From Bacteroidaceae bacterium (GTDB taxonomy: Bacteria; Bacteroidota; Bacteroidia; Bacteroidales; Bacteroidaceae), in the NCBI GenBank assembly GCA_017546635.1, contig JAFYSC010000049.1, forward strand, positions 12,442-76,441: a stretch of DNA of 64,000 nt. Direction: 5' to 3'. The translations under genes and the position numbers were made by a program. Shown piece after piece: positions 17,671 through 25,812 of the stretch. The stretch's first letter is position 1. Each line of letters starts with the position of its first letter. The notes below the pieces were generated by a model. The model was given only the letters and a program-made list of their open reading frames with translations, was not told the DNA's origin and ran no database searches.

Positions 17671-18525
17671 ATGATAAAACAAATTGTAAAAACTAAGTTG
17701 GCTTTTGCCTTATCGGTGTTTTGGCTATTGTGCCAGAACATATGTGCCCATCCATCAGAACCAGCAACGAGTAATAGCATAATTCCCAAGCCTGTTTGTA
17801 GTTTCTACGAGATACCTTTTGACACCTTGAGGAATGAAGAGCAAAAAAGAATTAAGGCAACAAAGAGAAGGGAAGAAGCGAAACAGCAGCAAGAGACACA
17901 AGAGACAGAAATGATAACTGCTAAAGAAAAAGAAAAATTTGACCAGATAAACAACTCTCTGACAATCTACCAGAATTCAGCAGTTAAAGAGGGAAAGCAT
18001 GAATCTTCTGTGGGAAACGACAGGGCTGTTGTTTTTGGAATTCGTGCCGGAGTCAATCTTGCTTCATTAGATCTTAATAGTGGAGTCAGTGGCAAATGTA
18101 GCATGGTTACATCCTTTCATGCAGGTTTGAATTTGGATATAAGGCTGATAGATCAAATACATCTTAATACCTCTTTGCTCTTTTCTCAGAAAGGTTACAA
18201 ATATAAAAACAATTGGGATAGTCAGCGTGAGGAAACTGCTAAGGCACAGTTTTTCATGCTCCCAGTTCAACTATCCTTACGACCTGGTCCCCTACAGATT
18301 AATGCCGGACCTTATGTTGAATATGGATTTGGAGGCAAAATCGATTACGGATTGCGTGGATGGGAGCATGACACTTTCGATTATTATGAAGCATTTAATT
18401 ATGGAATAGCAGTAGGAGTGGGGGTTAATCTTGGCAAACACTTCTATCTGGGGGCTAACTATGAAATGGGATTGTCCGACTATGCAAACCGCAATATTGC
18501 CATTAGTCTTGGGGTTAATTTCTAA
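17671..18525 (+). CDS. island protein 7: outer-membrane beta-barrel (porin-family-like) with a charged N-terminal extension
   Basis: Signal peptide. A K/E/Q-rich segment follows (EQKRIKATKRREEAKQQQETQETE). Then come beta-barrel-like strands (FGIRAGVNLASL, FHAGLNLDI, YGIAVGVGVNLG) and a C-terminal ISLGVNF ending in Phe. Confidence 0.75.
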   Translation: MIKQIVKTKLAFALSVFWLLCQNICAHPSEPATSNSIIPKPVCSFYEIPFDTLRNEEQKRIKATKRREEAKQQQETQETEMITAKEKEKFDQINNSLTIYQNSAVKEGKHESSVGNDRAVVFGIRAGVNLASLDLNSGVSGKCSMVTSFHAGLNLDIRLIDQIHLNTSLLFSQKGYKYKNNWDSQREETAKAQFFMLPVQLSLRPGPLQINAGPYVEYGFGGKIDYGLRGWEHDTFDYYEAFNYGIAVGVGVNLGKHFYLGANYEMGLSDYANRNIAISLGVNF

Positions 18526-18542
18526 CAAAAGAAACGCGTGAT

Positions 18543-19580
18543 ATGAAAGCAAAATATTTTATATTTGTAATTGTTGGTTGTTTGGGAACACTGTTTACAT
18601 CATGTAGTGAATCATGGCCTTATTCAGAAGAAGAGTATAAAAAAGTACGGCTTTGGGGCGATCCTTCCTACATTGCTTTAGATGAAGATGAATTTACCGG
18701 GGAATTCTATGTTCATAGCTCAGACAGTTGGGATATATATGATTATCCTTCGTGGATAAACTTGTCAAAGTATTATGGATATGGCTTTGGCTATGTGAAT
18801 TTTACGGTAGATGAAAATTATAGTAGTTCAACGCGGTACGGCTATGTTAAAATAAGGACAAATGAAGGATTTAGAAAAGAGGCAGAAGTACAGATTGCTC
18901 AACCTCCCACTGTTCAATTTGAGGCATCGATGAATATAACAAATTATTCAGCCTCAGGTGATTGGTGGTATTTGGAAGTGAAGGCAGGATCCTCTCAAAG
19001 CTGGACTATATCAAAATCTAACTCATGGGTTCATTTGGGAAGTAGCTATAGCTCATCGTACACATATAGTGGAAAAGGTAATGAGAGTGTAAAAATATAC
19101 GTAGATGCAAACAGTTCTTTTTACTCACGAAGTAGCAAATTAACTGTTAAGTGCGGAACAAAGACCAAGTCTATTACTATCACACAAGACGGAAATCCAG
19201 ATAAAGCTCCATTTGTGATTAATTCTGTAGAGGTGGGCAACATTGCAACAGACGGTAGTATCATAAACGATTTTGGTTCCAAAATATATTCTTATCAAAC
19301 AAAATATCTAAAACCTAAATTATATATCAAAGTTAATACCCCTGGCACATACACATTATATGTTAAACTATATGATGCAAGCGGAAAGTTGAGAACCGGC
19401 GCAAACTCTCCTTCAGGGTATTCATATAGCACAACAGGAACTTTGTATAGCAACACAACCTGGTGGAAACTTAATGGATGGGGTAATGATAGAGCAGGTT
19501 ATTGGGGGGCCGGCCAATATAGATGGGAATTCTGGTATAGTGGTGAGAAGATAGGTGAAAAGTCCTTTACAATATATTGA
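18543..19580 (+). CDS. island protein 8: lipoprotein with two BACON-like beta-sandwich repeats and a C-terminal beta-rich domain
   Basis: Lipobox LFTSC followed by SES...EEE, resembling the Bacteroidota surface-export signal. Two repeats have the pattern W-I/V-x-L...Y...V...N...R...I-T-I-T-Q (SWINLSK...YVKIRT...VQIAQP and SWVHLGS...KLTVKCG...ITITQDG). Confidence 0.7.
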   Translation: MKAKYFIFVIVGCLGTLFTSCSESWPYSEEEYKKVRLWGDPSYIALDEDEFTGEFYVHSSDSWDIYDYPSWINLSKYYGYGFGYVNFTVDENYSSSTRYGYVKIRTNEGFRKEAEVQIAQPPTVQFEASMNITNYSASGDWWYLEVKAGSSQSWTISKSNSWVHLGSSYSSSYTYSGKGNESVKIYVDANSSFYSRSSKLTVKCGTKTKSITITQDGNPDKAPFVINSVEVGNIATDGSIINDFGSKIYSYQTKYLKPKLYIKVNTPGTYTLYVKLYDASGKLRTGANSPSGYSYSTTGTLYSNTTWWKLNGWGNDRAGYWGAGQYRWEFWYSGEKIGEKSFTIY

Positions 19581-19607
19581 TGCATACATAGGGGCTGACT
19601 AATAAGT

Positions 19608-19818
19608 CTATACAACTTTTATTATGATACATATTGGAGAGCTCATAAGGAAGCGAATGCAGGAAATAGAAAGGACACCGAGCTGGCTTGCAAGAAAGAT
19701 AAACTGCGACAGGACAAACATTTACAAGATATTTCAACGTCCACGCATAGATACCGCGCTTCTGTCCCGAATTTCTAAAGCGTTGGACCACGATTTTTTT
19801 GCAGATTTGTCTGACGAG
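19608..19818 (+). repeat. direct repeat copy 2 (partner at 11491-11701)
   Basis: See copy 1. The first 150 nt of the CDS differ at only 3 positions. Confidence 0.9.
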
Positions 19819-19833
19819 TATGAGCAGGCGTGA
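19624..19833 (+). CDS. small helix-turn-helix (XRE-like) DNA-binding protein, copy 2
   Basis: 69 aa. Identical to copy 1 over 65 aa except S45R, then a divergent tail (YEQA versus QSSDCDKQAT). Confidence 0.8.
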   Translation: MIHIGELIRKRMQEIERTPSWLARKINCDRTNIYKIFQRPRIDTALLSRISKALDHDFFADLSDEYEQA

Positions 19834-19940
19834 AAAAACAGCAACAGGAGCGTGAATTAAATCCACGGCGATTGTAGTTCTAAAAAGTGTAAATAAGTTT
19901 TTCTTTGTAAAAACATTTATAAACACAAAAGCACAGAATT

Positions 19941-20492
19941 ATGAAAAGATTGGTTTTTTCACTGCTTTCAGTGATGTTGTTCGCGCTTGCGCAAGCACAG
20001 GTGTCGAATAGCGTTGATGGCGCAAGTGCAGGTAATACTACTGTGGTAAAAGGCGATGCCGCAGCCGACTTCTTTGTTGGCTGGTCTGATGAAGCGGAAG
20101 TTTTTAGTTTCAGAATGGGAGGTGACCTGAAGAATGGTAAGTTAGGCTATTTTACTTATGGAGGGGATGTGGGCACTGGAGATGTATCTTTTTGTAATTA
20201 TTTTTTAGGATATGGTATTAAGAAAAGATACTATATGAATGATTCGTTTTTAATTCAGGCTGCGGTGTGGCCTTATGCAGGTTTCTCTTGGGTAACTGTT
20301 GACCTTGAGGACGAATACGACTTTTTATATGGTATCTCGGCACAGATTGAGGCTGGTATAAAGATTTTTACTTCTAAGAAGGGAAATGATTTTTATCTCA
20401 CAATTGGTTATAATATGGCTGCTCCTGAATTTAAAATGGAGAATGTTGTGGAGAATGGAACTTGGCAGATCGGTGTGACTATGAGATTCTAA
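19941..20492 (+). CDS. island protein 9: small outer-membrane beta-barrel protein
   Basis: Signal peptide (MLFALAQA/Q), G/Y/F-rich alternating strands, and C-terminal WQIGVTMRF ending in Phe. Confidence 0.75.
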   Translation: MKRLVFSLLSVMLFALAQAQVSNSVDGASAGNTTVVKGDAAADFFVGWSDEAEVFSFRMGGDLKNGKLGYFTYGGDVGTGDVSFCNYFLGYGIKKRYYMNDSFLIQAAVWPYAGFSWVTVDLEDEYDFLYGISAQIEAGIKIFTSKKGNDFYLTIGYNMAAPEFKMENVVENGTWQIGVTMRF

Positions 20493-20523
20493 GTTAGGAT
20501 TAACAAAGTGTTGATGCTATATT

Positions 20524-20566
20524 AAAAAAGTATTGCCAATGTCTACGGCATTGGCAATACTTTTTT
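20524..20566. terminator. bidirectional rho-independent terminator between island protein 9 (+) and queG (-)
   Basis: Perfect 12-bp stem (GTATTGCCAATG 20530-41 / CATTGGCAATAC 20549-60) with a 7-nt loop, flanked by A6 (20524-29) and T6 (20561-66). Confidence 0.8.
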
Positions 20567-20656
20567 AATGTTTCTGTGTATAGAGTAAATGGTGGTTTAT
20601 TTGTGAAATTTTAATGGTAATACTGTCTGTTAACTGTAATATTCTTCAGTAGTCGA

Positions 20657-21574
20657 TTATTTAAGGCTATTGATATTCCTCATCAGCTGTCCATATCCGC
20701 AACGCTCTACGGCCGAGTTGCCGAACAGCTCTTTGTAACGCTCCTCGGTAAGCCCTTTCCAATCGCTCTCATCCATTGCAAGCAATGCGGCAGATGGAGT
20801 GAACTCTGTTACCTGTGTCGGTGTGGCAAACCTGTTGTGCGGGCACCATTTTTGGCAACGGTCGCAGCCGTAGAAGCAGTTTCCCATCTTTTCACCTATA
20901 TTTTCGGGCAATTCACCCCTGTGTTCTATTGTAAGATAAGAGAGACATAGGCGTGCATCGAATCCCTCGGCTGTGAGGGCATTTGTGGGGCAGGCATCTA
21001 TGCATTCACTGCACTCGCCGCAGCGGTTACCCTCGAGAGGGGTGTCATATTCGAGCTCTGCATCTATAAGCAGCTCGCCCAGGAAGAAATGTGTGCCTGC
21101 ATTGGGAATTATGAGCTGATGGTTCTTGCCTATCCACCCTATGCCTGCGCGTGTGGCCCAATAGCGCTCCAACAGCGGTGCTGTGTCGCAAAAGGGGCGT
21201 CCGCTGACTTTCACCTTGCCGTTTATTGCCTGCAACAGCATAAAAAGGCGGTCCTTGACGGCCTTGTGGTAGTCTCTTCCCAGCGCGTAGCGCGACAGGT
21301 GCAGCCTCTCCTCTTCGACGTTGCCAGGGAAATAGTTCAGTGCCACACAAATTATGCTGCGGCAACCGGGGAACAGCAGTGTGGGGTCGGTGCGCTTGTC
21401 GCAGTTGCGCTCAAGATAGCCCATTGTACCGTGCCGTCCTTCGCCCACCCACTTCTTGAGGTATCCTACAGTCCTAAGGTCAACAGGAGCAGCCTGGGCA
21501 ATGCCGCAAACTGTAAAGCCGAGGCGTAGTGCCTCGGCTTTTATGAATAGTGTGAGTTCTTTCTTGTCCATCAT
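20657..21574 (-). CDS. queG: tRNA epoxyqueuosine(34) reductase
   Basis: Two 4Fe-4S ferredoxin motifs (CGECSECIDACPTNAL and CDRCQKWCPHN) and a QueG-type N-terminal cobalamin-binding domain. Confidence 0.9.
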   Translation of the reverse strand: MMDKKELTLFIKAEALRLGFTVCGIAQAAPVDLRTVGYLKKWVGEGRHGTMGYLERNCDKRTDPTLLFPGCRSIICVALNYFPGNVEEERLHLSRYALGRDYHKAVKDRLFMLLQAINGKVKVSGRPFCDTAPLLERYWATRAGIGWIGKNHQLIIPNAGTHFFLGELLIDAELEYDTPLEGNRCGECSECIDACPTNALTAEGFDARLCLSYLTIEHRGELPENIGEKMGNCFYGCDRCQKWCPHNRFATPTQVTEFTPSAALLAMDESDWKGLTEERYKELFGNSAVERCGYGQLMRNINSLK

Positions 21575-22182
21575 TCGAAGGTCTTGAATGTGTATCCTTG
21601 CTCCAGCAGCCAGTCGAGCGAGCGCGGCAGTGCGTAGCGCAGGTTGCTCTCGCTGCGGATTGAATCGTGGAAGGTTATTATGGAGCCGTTGCGTGTGTAG
21701 CGCTTTACATTGGCAAGTACATCCTCGCCGTAGAGCCTGAAGCTATAGTCGCGCGTCACAAGGTCCCACATTACAAACTGGTAGCGTTTGCTCAATTCGC
21801 GGTACTGCGCGTTGCGCAAGAAGCCGTGCGGCGGACGGAACAGGTTACTGTGTATGAACGCATCGGCCTGGTCTACATTATCGACATACTTCCTTGTCGA
21901 TGTAAACAGTCCCTTCAAGTGGTTGTACGTGTGGTTACCTACACGGTGCCCCTCCTCTACCACCTGCATAAACTCCTGCGGGAACTTATGCACGTTGTCT
22001 CCTACCATAAAGAACGTAGCCTTTATGCCATAGCGTCCCAACAGTTCCACCACCCAAGGGGTTATGACGGGTATAGGCCCGTCGTCAAAGGTCAGATATA
22101 CCGTCTTCTCGTTGGGATTCATACGCCACAGCGCCTTTGGGTAGAGGTTGCGGAAAAACGCGGGTACTTGCTCTATGAACAT
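21571..22182 (-). CDS. polysaccharide deacetylase (NodB homology domain) family protein
   Basis: LTFDDGP motif, then ATFFMVG and GNHTYNH His motifs. 4-nt overlap with queG. Confidence 0.85.
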   Translation of the reverse strand: MFIEQVPAFFRNLYPKALWRMNPNEKTVYLTFDDGPIPVITPWVVELLGRYGIKATFFMVGDNVHKFPQEFMQVVEEGHRVGNHTYNHLKGLFTSTRKYVDNVDQADAFIHSNLFRPPHGFLRNAQYRELSKRYQFVMWDLVTRDYSFRLYGEDVLANVKRYTRNGSIITFHDSIRSESNLRYALPRSLDWLLEQGYTFKTFE

Positions 22183-22188
22183 TGTCCG

Positions 22189-25100
22189 TTACAGTTTTAT
22201 ACGTCGGGAAATCAATTCGTAATGACGGCCGAACTCCTCGGCATATTTCAGATACAGGCCCTTATACTCCTCTCCGCCCTTCTCGAGCAGCTTTGCAATT
22301 TCCTGTAGGTAACGGACGTGCATAAAGAGATTGTTGACCGACATATTATAGTGTCTGCCGCTGAGACTGTTGTACCAGTTGAGATACTCAATCTGTGTAT
22401 CGGCAAAAGGCTCTATTATCGCACGTGCCTTCTCATACTCACCCAAGTTCATATATGTCTCGCCCATATCCATTGCGCTGAAATACTCGTGGGGAACAAG
22501 TGAAGAGGGAAGTTCCTCCTCGGTACGGTCGAGCACGGCAAGGGCCTGCTCATATTTACCTTCGGCATACAGCTGTACGGCCAACGACGAGAGCAGACGA
22601 CGGTGAGTAAGCACCATACGGTTGATAGTCTCGTCTACATAGTAGTCGGGATTCTCCTTCAACCCGCCGAACTTGAAACGGTCCATAACATTGTGATAGA
22701 AGCGCTCGGTGTCGGCAACGGTATTTCCGTATTCGTCGTTGTATCCGAGTTTCTTCCAGTTGAAGGGTGTGATGCGGTAGGCAAGTCCCTCCTGTACAAA
22801 GAAGTCGCTGATACTGCCCAGATAGTTGTCGCCACCCACAGTCATCGACATATAGAGAGGGCGTTCCCAATTGGTCTGTGCCAACATTTCGAGCAGCATA
22901 AGGTCCTGTCCGCGGTAGAGGCGATTGCGTCCCTTGAGCGAGATTTCCATATACTCGGGCATTGAGTCCCTATACTCCTCGGGGATTATCATTCCCGAGC
23001 GTACGACTGCATCACGGTCTATCTTTATATAGACTACATCAGTGGGTATGAAGTGGAAACGGTCGTCCTTGTTGCACACCCAATACTTCATAATGTTCTT
23101 TACCTCGAAAGGATTCTCGCCCCATCGTTGCTTGCTCTCCTCGGGATGCAGGCGGTAGAGCTCGAGAATCTTCTCCTTGAACTCGGGTACAATGTCAACA
23201 GCCTCGTTGGTAGAACCCGCATAGTTGATACGTTCCCACGAAATAGGAATTGAGGGAGAGTCGTATGCGGGACGGCGCATCTGGTCGATATACCAGTCGG
23301 TCTGCAGGTACGACAGGTTGCACACGCGCGAGTCGGTGCGCTCGCCCTCGACCTCCTGATTGTACCACAGGGGGAATGTATCGTTGTCGCCACAGGTGAA
23401 TATGACGGGATTACCATCCTCGGGCATAGTGTTCAGATAGTTCTGGCCAAAGTCGCGGCAGGCATAGCGTCCGCTGCGGTTGTGGTCGTCCCAAGTCTGC
23501 GACAGCATCTGGACGGGCACCAACAGACAAGCAGCAGTAACTATACCGCTTGTTGCAACGTTCTTCTTTTTGATGAAGTCGGCTATTGCGGCAACACCCA
23601 TTCCAATCCATATTGCAAAAGCATAGAACGAACCTGCATATGCGTAGTCGCGTTCACGGGGCTGCAGCGGTGTCTGGTTCAGGTAGAGGACAATGGCAAT
23701 ACCAGTCATAAAGAACAGCAGGAATACAACCCACAGCTGCTGCTTGCCCTCCTTGCCTCTCTTCGATTGCCATATTATACCGAGTATTCCGAGTATCAGA
23801 GGCAGTGCAAAGAATACGTTGCGGCCCTTGTTCTCCTTGAGTACCTTGGGCAGGAGCTTCTGGTTGCCCACCATAAGGTTGTCGATAAAGGGAATACCTG
23901 TTATCCAGTTTCCGTTCTCTATGCCTCCGTGGCTCTGGATGTCATTCTGTCGTCCCACGAAATTCCACATAAAGTAACGGATGTACATATGGTTGAGCTG
24001 GTAGTTGAAGAAGAACTTTATATTCTCCCATTGTGTGGGCATAGTCACAGTGACTGTCTCGCCGCCGCGATTATAGCGCACTTTCTTGCCTTTAATCTCG
24101 CCTACCCACTCCTCGTACAGGTTGACCTTCTGAGGGCCGTATTGCGAATGCTCCTTGCTGTACATACGCGGCAAGAGCATATTCTGTGCATATACAAGCT
24201 TTGTCTTGTATCCACGGAGCTCGTACGAGTCTTTTTCGCCAGGATGCGCCTTCTCCTTTGGTGCATATTCGGGAGCACCCTCCTTGAGTACGGGGCGCAG
24301 ATACTCGCCGTCGCTCTTGTATTCAACCTCGGAGCTGTAAGCCTGTCCGTAGAAAAGCGGACGGTCGCCGTATTGCTCACGGCCCAGATAAGCACCAAGT
24401 TCGAAGATATCCTCGGGTGAGTTCTGGTCCATAGGAGTGTTGGCAGCCGAACGTATCACGATGAGCGCATACGACGAATAGCCGATCATAATCACCAGCA
24501 TACAGAGCAGCGAGGTATTGAGCATCCTCAGGTTTACGATATACTTCTCGCCACTTTTGTAGAATAGCGCAAAGAAAAGTCCTGCAAGCACAGCAAATCC
24601 GATAATGAGGCTCATTGCACCGTGTCCATAGAAGGGTATGCCAAGCAATGCAACCGATGCGATGAAGGCTATTGCCAGGTTCTTGCGGTTGCAGCCCTTT
24701 TCGCTTTCAAATACACCCCATACTATTGCTCCAAAGAGAAGTATCAGGTATACGATAAGTCCCGTATTGAAGGGGAGTCCGAATACATTTACAAACAGCA
24801 GTTCGAACCATCCTCCAACCTTTACTACACCGGGAACAATGCCGTAAAGTACAGCGGCAACAAGCACTCCCGAAAGCAAAAGCGCCCCAATAGAGCCTTT
24901 TATTGTAGCATTGGGCTTTTTCTTGAAGTAGACAACAAGGACTATGGCAGGAATACAGAGCAGGTTGAGCAGATGGACACCGATAGAGAGTCCTACAAGA
25001 TAGGCTATGAGGACAAGCCAACGGTCGCTATGGGGCGCGTCGGCCTGCTCCTCCCACTTGAGGATGAGCCAGAAAACCACAGCTGTAAAGAGCGACGAAT

Positions 25101-25542
25101 AGCCATAAACCTCGCCTTCAACAGCGCTGAACCAGTATGTATCGCTCCAAGTATATGCAAGTGCACCCACAAGGCCTGAGCCGATTATTGTGATGATGTT
25201 TGCATTTGTCATCTGCTCGGGCTTGGGAGCTATGAGCTTGCGTGTAAGGTGAGTAATGCTCCAGAAGAGGAACAGAATGCCTCCGGCACTCAGCAGTGCC
25301 GACATTATGTTCACCATAAGTGCAACCTTGTCGGGCGATGCGAACGACGAGAAGAGGTTGGCTGTGAGCATAAAGAAAGGTGCACCGGGCGGGTGACCTA
25401 CCTCAAGCTTATTGCCTGAGAGGATAAACTCGGGACAATCCCAAAAACTTGCTGTAGGCTCAACTGTCAGGCAGTATGTCACTGCCGCAATCACGAATGT
25501 GAGCCATCCGAACAGGTTGTTCAATGTTTGAAAACGCTTCAT
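22189..25542 (-). CDS. DUF2723 domain-containing giant membrane protein (GT-C-fold, PMT/TMEM260-like glycosyltransferase)
   Basis: 1117 aa. The N-terminus TVEPTASFWDCPEFILSGNKLEVGHPPGAPFFML is the DUF2723 hallmark. More than 10 predicted TM segments and a C-terminal TPR-like soluble domain. Confidence 0.85.
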   Translation of the reverse strand: MKRFQTLNNLFGWLTFVIAAVTYCLTVEPTASFWDCPEFILSGNKLEVGHPPGAPFFMLTANLFSSFASPDKVALMVNIMSALLSAGGILFLFWSITHLTRKLIAPKPEQMTNANIITIIGSGLVGALAYTWSDTYWFSAVEGEVYGYSSLFTAVVFWLILKWEEQADAPHSDRWLVLIAYLVGLSIGVHLLNLLCIPAIVLVVYFKKKPNATIKGSIGALLLSGVLVAAVLYGIVPGVVKVGGWFELLFVNVFGLPFNTGLIVYLILLFGAIVWGVFESEKGCNRKNLAIAFIASVALLGIPFYGHGAMSLIIGFAVLAGLFFALFYKSGEKYIVNLRMLNTSLLCMLVIMIGYSSYALIVIRSAANTPMDQNSPEDIFELGAYLGREQYGDRPLFYGQAYSSEVEYKSDGEYLRPVLKEGAPEYAPKEKAHPGEKDSYELRGYKTKLVYAQNMLLPRMYSKEHSQYGPQKVNLYEEWVGEIKGKKVRYNRGGETVTVTMPTQWENIKFFFNYQLNHMYIRYFMWNFVGRQNDIQSHGGIENGNWITGIPFIDNLMVGNQKLLPKVLKENKGRNVFFALPLILGILGIIWQSKRGKEGKQQLWVVFLLFFMTGIAIVLYLNQTPLQPRERDYAYAGSFYAFAIWIGMGVAAIADFIKKKNVATSGIVTAACLLVPVQMLSQTWDDHNRSGRYACRDFGQNYLNTMPEDGNPVIFTCGDNDTFPLWYNQEVEGERTDSRVCNLSYLQTDWYIDQMRRPAYDSPSIPISWERINYAGSTNEAVDIVPEFKEKILELYRLHPEESKQRWGENPFEVKNIMKYWVCNKDDRFHFIPTDVVYIKIDRDAVVRSGMIIPEEYRDSMPEYMEISLKGRNRLYRGQDLMLLEMLAQTNWERPLYMSMTVGGDNYLGSISDFFVQEGLAYRITPFNWKKLGYNDEYGNTVADTERFYHNVMDRFKFGGLKENPDYYVDETINRMVLTHRRLLSSLAVQLYAEGKYEQALAVLDRTEEELPSSLVPHEYFSAMDMGETYMNLGEYEKARAIIEPFADTQIEYLNWYNSLSGRHYNMSVNNLFMHVRYLQEIAKLLEKGGEEYKGLYLKYAEEFGRHYELISRRIKL

Positions 25543-25682
25543 TTATTATGTTTTTTGTTTATTTCCGCTTTTTGAAGAGAATATCGCATTCTCAACTGTA
25601 ACGCACGAGGCAAGCACAATGCAAGCAGTTAAGGCTTAACAGCATAAGCAATGCACCCCACTAAACCTCGCGTACAAGAATG

Positions 25683-25714
25683 CAAAGTTACCTATTCATT
25701 GGGAAAAGAGCAAA
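25683..25714 (-). promoter_or_regulatory. Bacteroides-type promoter for the DUF2723-deacetylase-queG operon
   Basis: On the minus strand, TAACTTTG is forward 25683-25690 and TTTG is forward 25711-25714, with a 20-nt spacer. It lies ~140 nt upstream of the start at 25542. Confidence 0.4.
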
Positions 25715-25812
25715 ATATTATCTACTTAATTGATTAAATAGTGTTAATACAGGAGTCTGTTTTTTCCAAATTTATTGACACCAGGAACCGCACACAATGT
25801 TTACAGCAAGTC

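Noticed and set aside
19567-19926. 119-aa minus-strand ORF
   Set aside because: It is antisense to HTH copy 2. The plus-strand frame there is supported by the 10:1 synonymous to non-synonymous substitution pattern between the two copies.
23482-24420. 312-aa plus-strand ORF, plus several 60-185-aa ORFs between 22318 and 25179
   Set aside because: All lie inside and antisense to, or out of frame with, the 1117-aa DUF2723 gene, which has a coherent TM topology and a family-specific N-terminus.
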